Positions 62,688-64,000 of a DNA stretch of 64,000 bases are shown here, one piece after another (within the stretch, counting starts at the first letter, position 1; every line of letters starts with the position of its first letter). The position numbers and the translations under genes are program-made. Below the pieces are notes generated by a model, which saw only the letters and a list, made by a program, of their open reading frames with translations, searched no databases and was not told the origin of the DNA. Source of the DNA: Octopus bimaculoides (lineage: Eukaryota); assembly GCF_001194135.2 (NCBI RefSeq), contig NC_068986.1:35651372-35715371 (forward strand). The letters are read 5' to 3'.

Positions 62688-63062
62688 ATAACAAGAGCAC
62701 AAACATTGGCTAAGGCAACGTCAACGTACTATCAACGATTAGCCAGGGATGATTTTTAAGATGAGAATATCTGAAATAAACTCGACTGCTCTCACAAACG
62801 AAAATACTAAAAAAGAACCCGACCGCTCTAAAAAGTTAAGTAAAAAAAAACAAAAAATACAAACAAGAAAGATAATCCAAAATCCTTGTCCAGTATCGGA
62901 TCGATTCCCAAATCTAATCAGTTTGTGCCAGTCACGAGGACAAACATCCCTGAAAGTTTTATCCAAATCCATCCAGCAGTTCTTGAGATATCTTGCCCAC
63001 GGACAAACAAACAAATACGACTGAGAACAATGCCTCCGCCTTAACGAAGGCGGAGGCAATAA
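62688..63062. mobile_element. Helentron/Helitron2-type non-autonomous element (HINE-like)
   Basis: 12-bp perfect hairpin TGCCTCCGCCTT-aacg-AAGGCGGAGGCA (63031-63058) next to (ACAA)n, with an internal segment of the kind seen in HINE-like elements. Confidence 0.6.
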
Positions 63063-64000
63063 TCCTTTGATCTCAGAATGTAATGAATAGGAAGAAATGG
63101 CGCTAAGTATTTTGTCTGGTACGGTAACGATTCTGCCTGTTCGCCACCCTAATAATAATAATTATTATTTCAAATTTTTGCCACAAGGGCAGCTTGGGGG
63201 AGGTGGGGATGATTCGATTACATCGACCCCAGTGTTATTTTATCGACTCCGAGCGGATGAAAGGCAAAGTCGACCTCGGGAGGAATTTGAACTCAGAACG
63301 TAAAGACGGACTAAATGCTGCTAAATATTTTGCCCGGCGCGTTAACGCTCTAAGCACTTTGACCGGCATGTTAGCCCTGCCAACTCGCTGCTTTGATAAA
63401 ATAAAAATAACTGTGCGCTCGCGCGCAAGTTATAATGCATTTCATGTATAAATTTCTCTAAAGTTAAATATTCGCACGCGGTGATTGAAGAATCTTAAGC
63501 TTTCTTCAACTACATTGACATTTAGAATGATTTATAGGAATAGCAATTCGATTCCAATTCATGACTGGTGCTTTATTTCAAAGGCAAAATTCACCATGGC
63601 TCTATTTGGGCTCGGATTGCAAAACACTAACTAAACGCCGCAGACATCTTGTGCGTTGCTCTGACGGTTCAATCAATTTAAAACCTTCACTTGTTGTTTT
63701 GATTTATTTATGTATATATTTGCTATTTAAGAATGAAAATGCGTTGTTACAGATATTAGGAAAGCCTTAATAGGTTGTATATAAACGTATATATGCACAC
63801 ACACATGATCGAGCTGCCGTATTAAGCTGCCTTTTTAACCATACAGAAAGTATTTTTTATACCAGACAATAGAGAGCTAATTTTCATTATTGAAGTTAGT
63901 TTGACAACCATTAAGCAACACGTAGTACACAGTTTGAAATTGTGATATTGACAGTACACAGCATGATATTTTAAAATTTCAATACTTTTTAAAAGCACTA

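Overview
Eukaryotic, AT-rich, repeat-dense draft-scaffold DNA with many N gaps. It is most likely an octopus (inference from the SINE, LINE and microsatellite content). The backbone is the 3' part of one minus-strand gene, a BAIAP3/Munc13-4-family vesicle-priming protein. I assembled ten GT-AG exons by hand (62436-62221, 55720-55652, 53407-53261, 51242-51126, 50993-50910, 48142-48061, 43188-43150, 39046-38923, 30590-30388, 13017-12920). They splice in phase into 392 aa covering the end of the MUN/MHD2 region, the C2B domain and the stop; the 5' exons lie beyond the window. Introns and flanks hold three tRNA-derived SINE families (here A, B, C), RTE and CR1-like LINE fragments, two decayed mariners, other DNA-transposon remnants, a Helentron-type non-autonomous element, three foldback/MITE-like palindromes and many microsatellites. 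The least expected signals are three minimal type-I hammerhead-ribozyme-like motifs, all antisense to the host gene; a foldback element with a (CCCTAA)n/(TTAGGG)n centre; a foldback built around a tRNA-like sequence; a 39-nt in-frame exon carrying a C2B calcium ligand; and an orphan exon candidate at 2701-2897. No rRNA, intact tRNA or CRISPR array was seen. Nearly all ORFs in the supplied track are microsatellite or gap artefacts.
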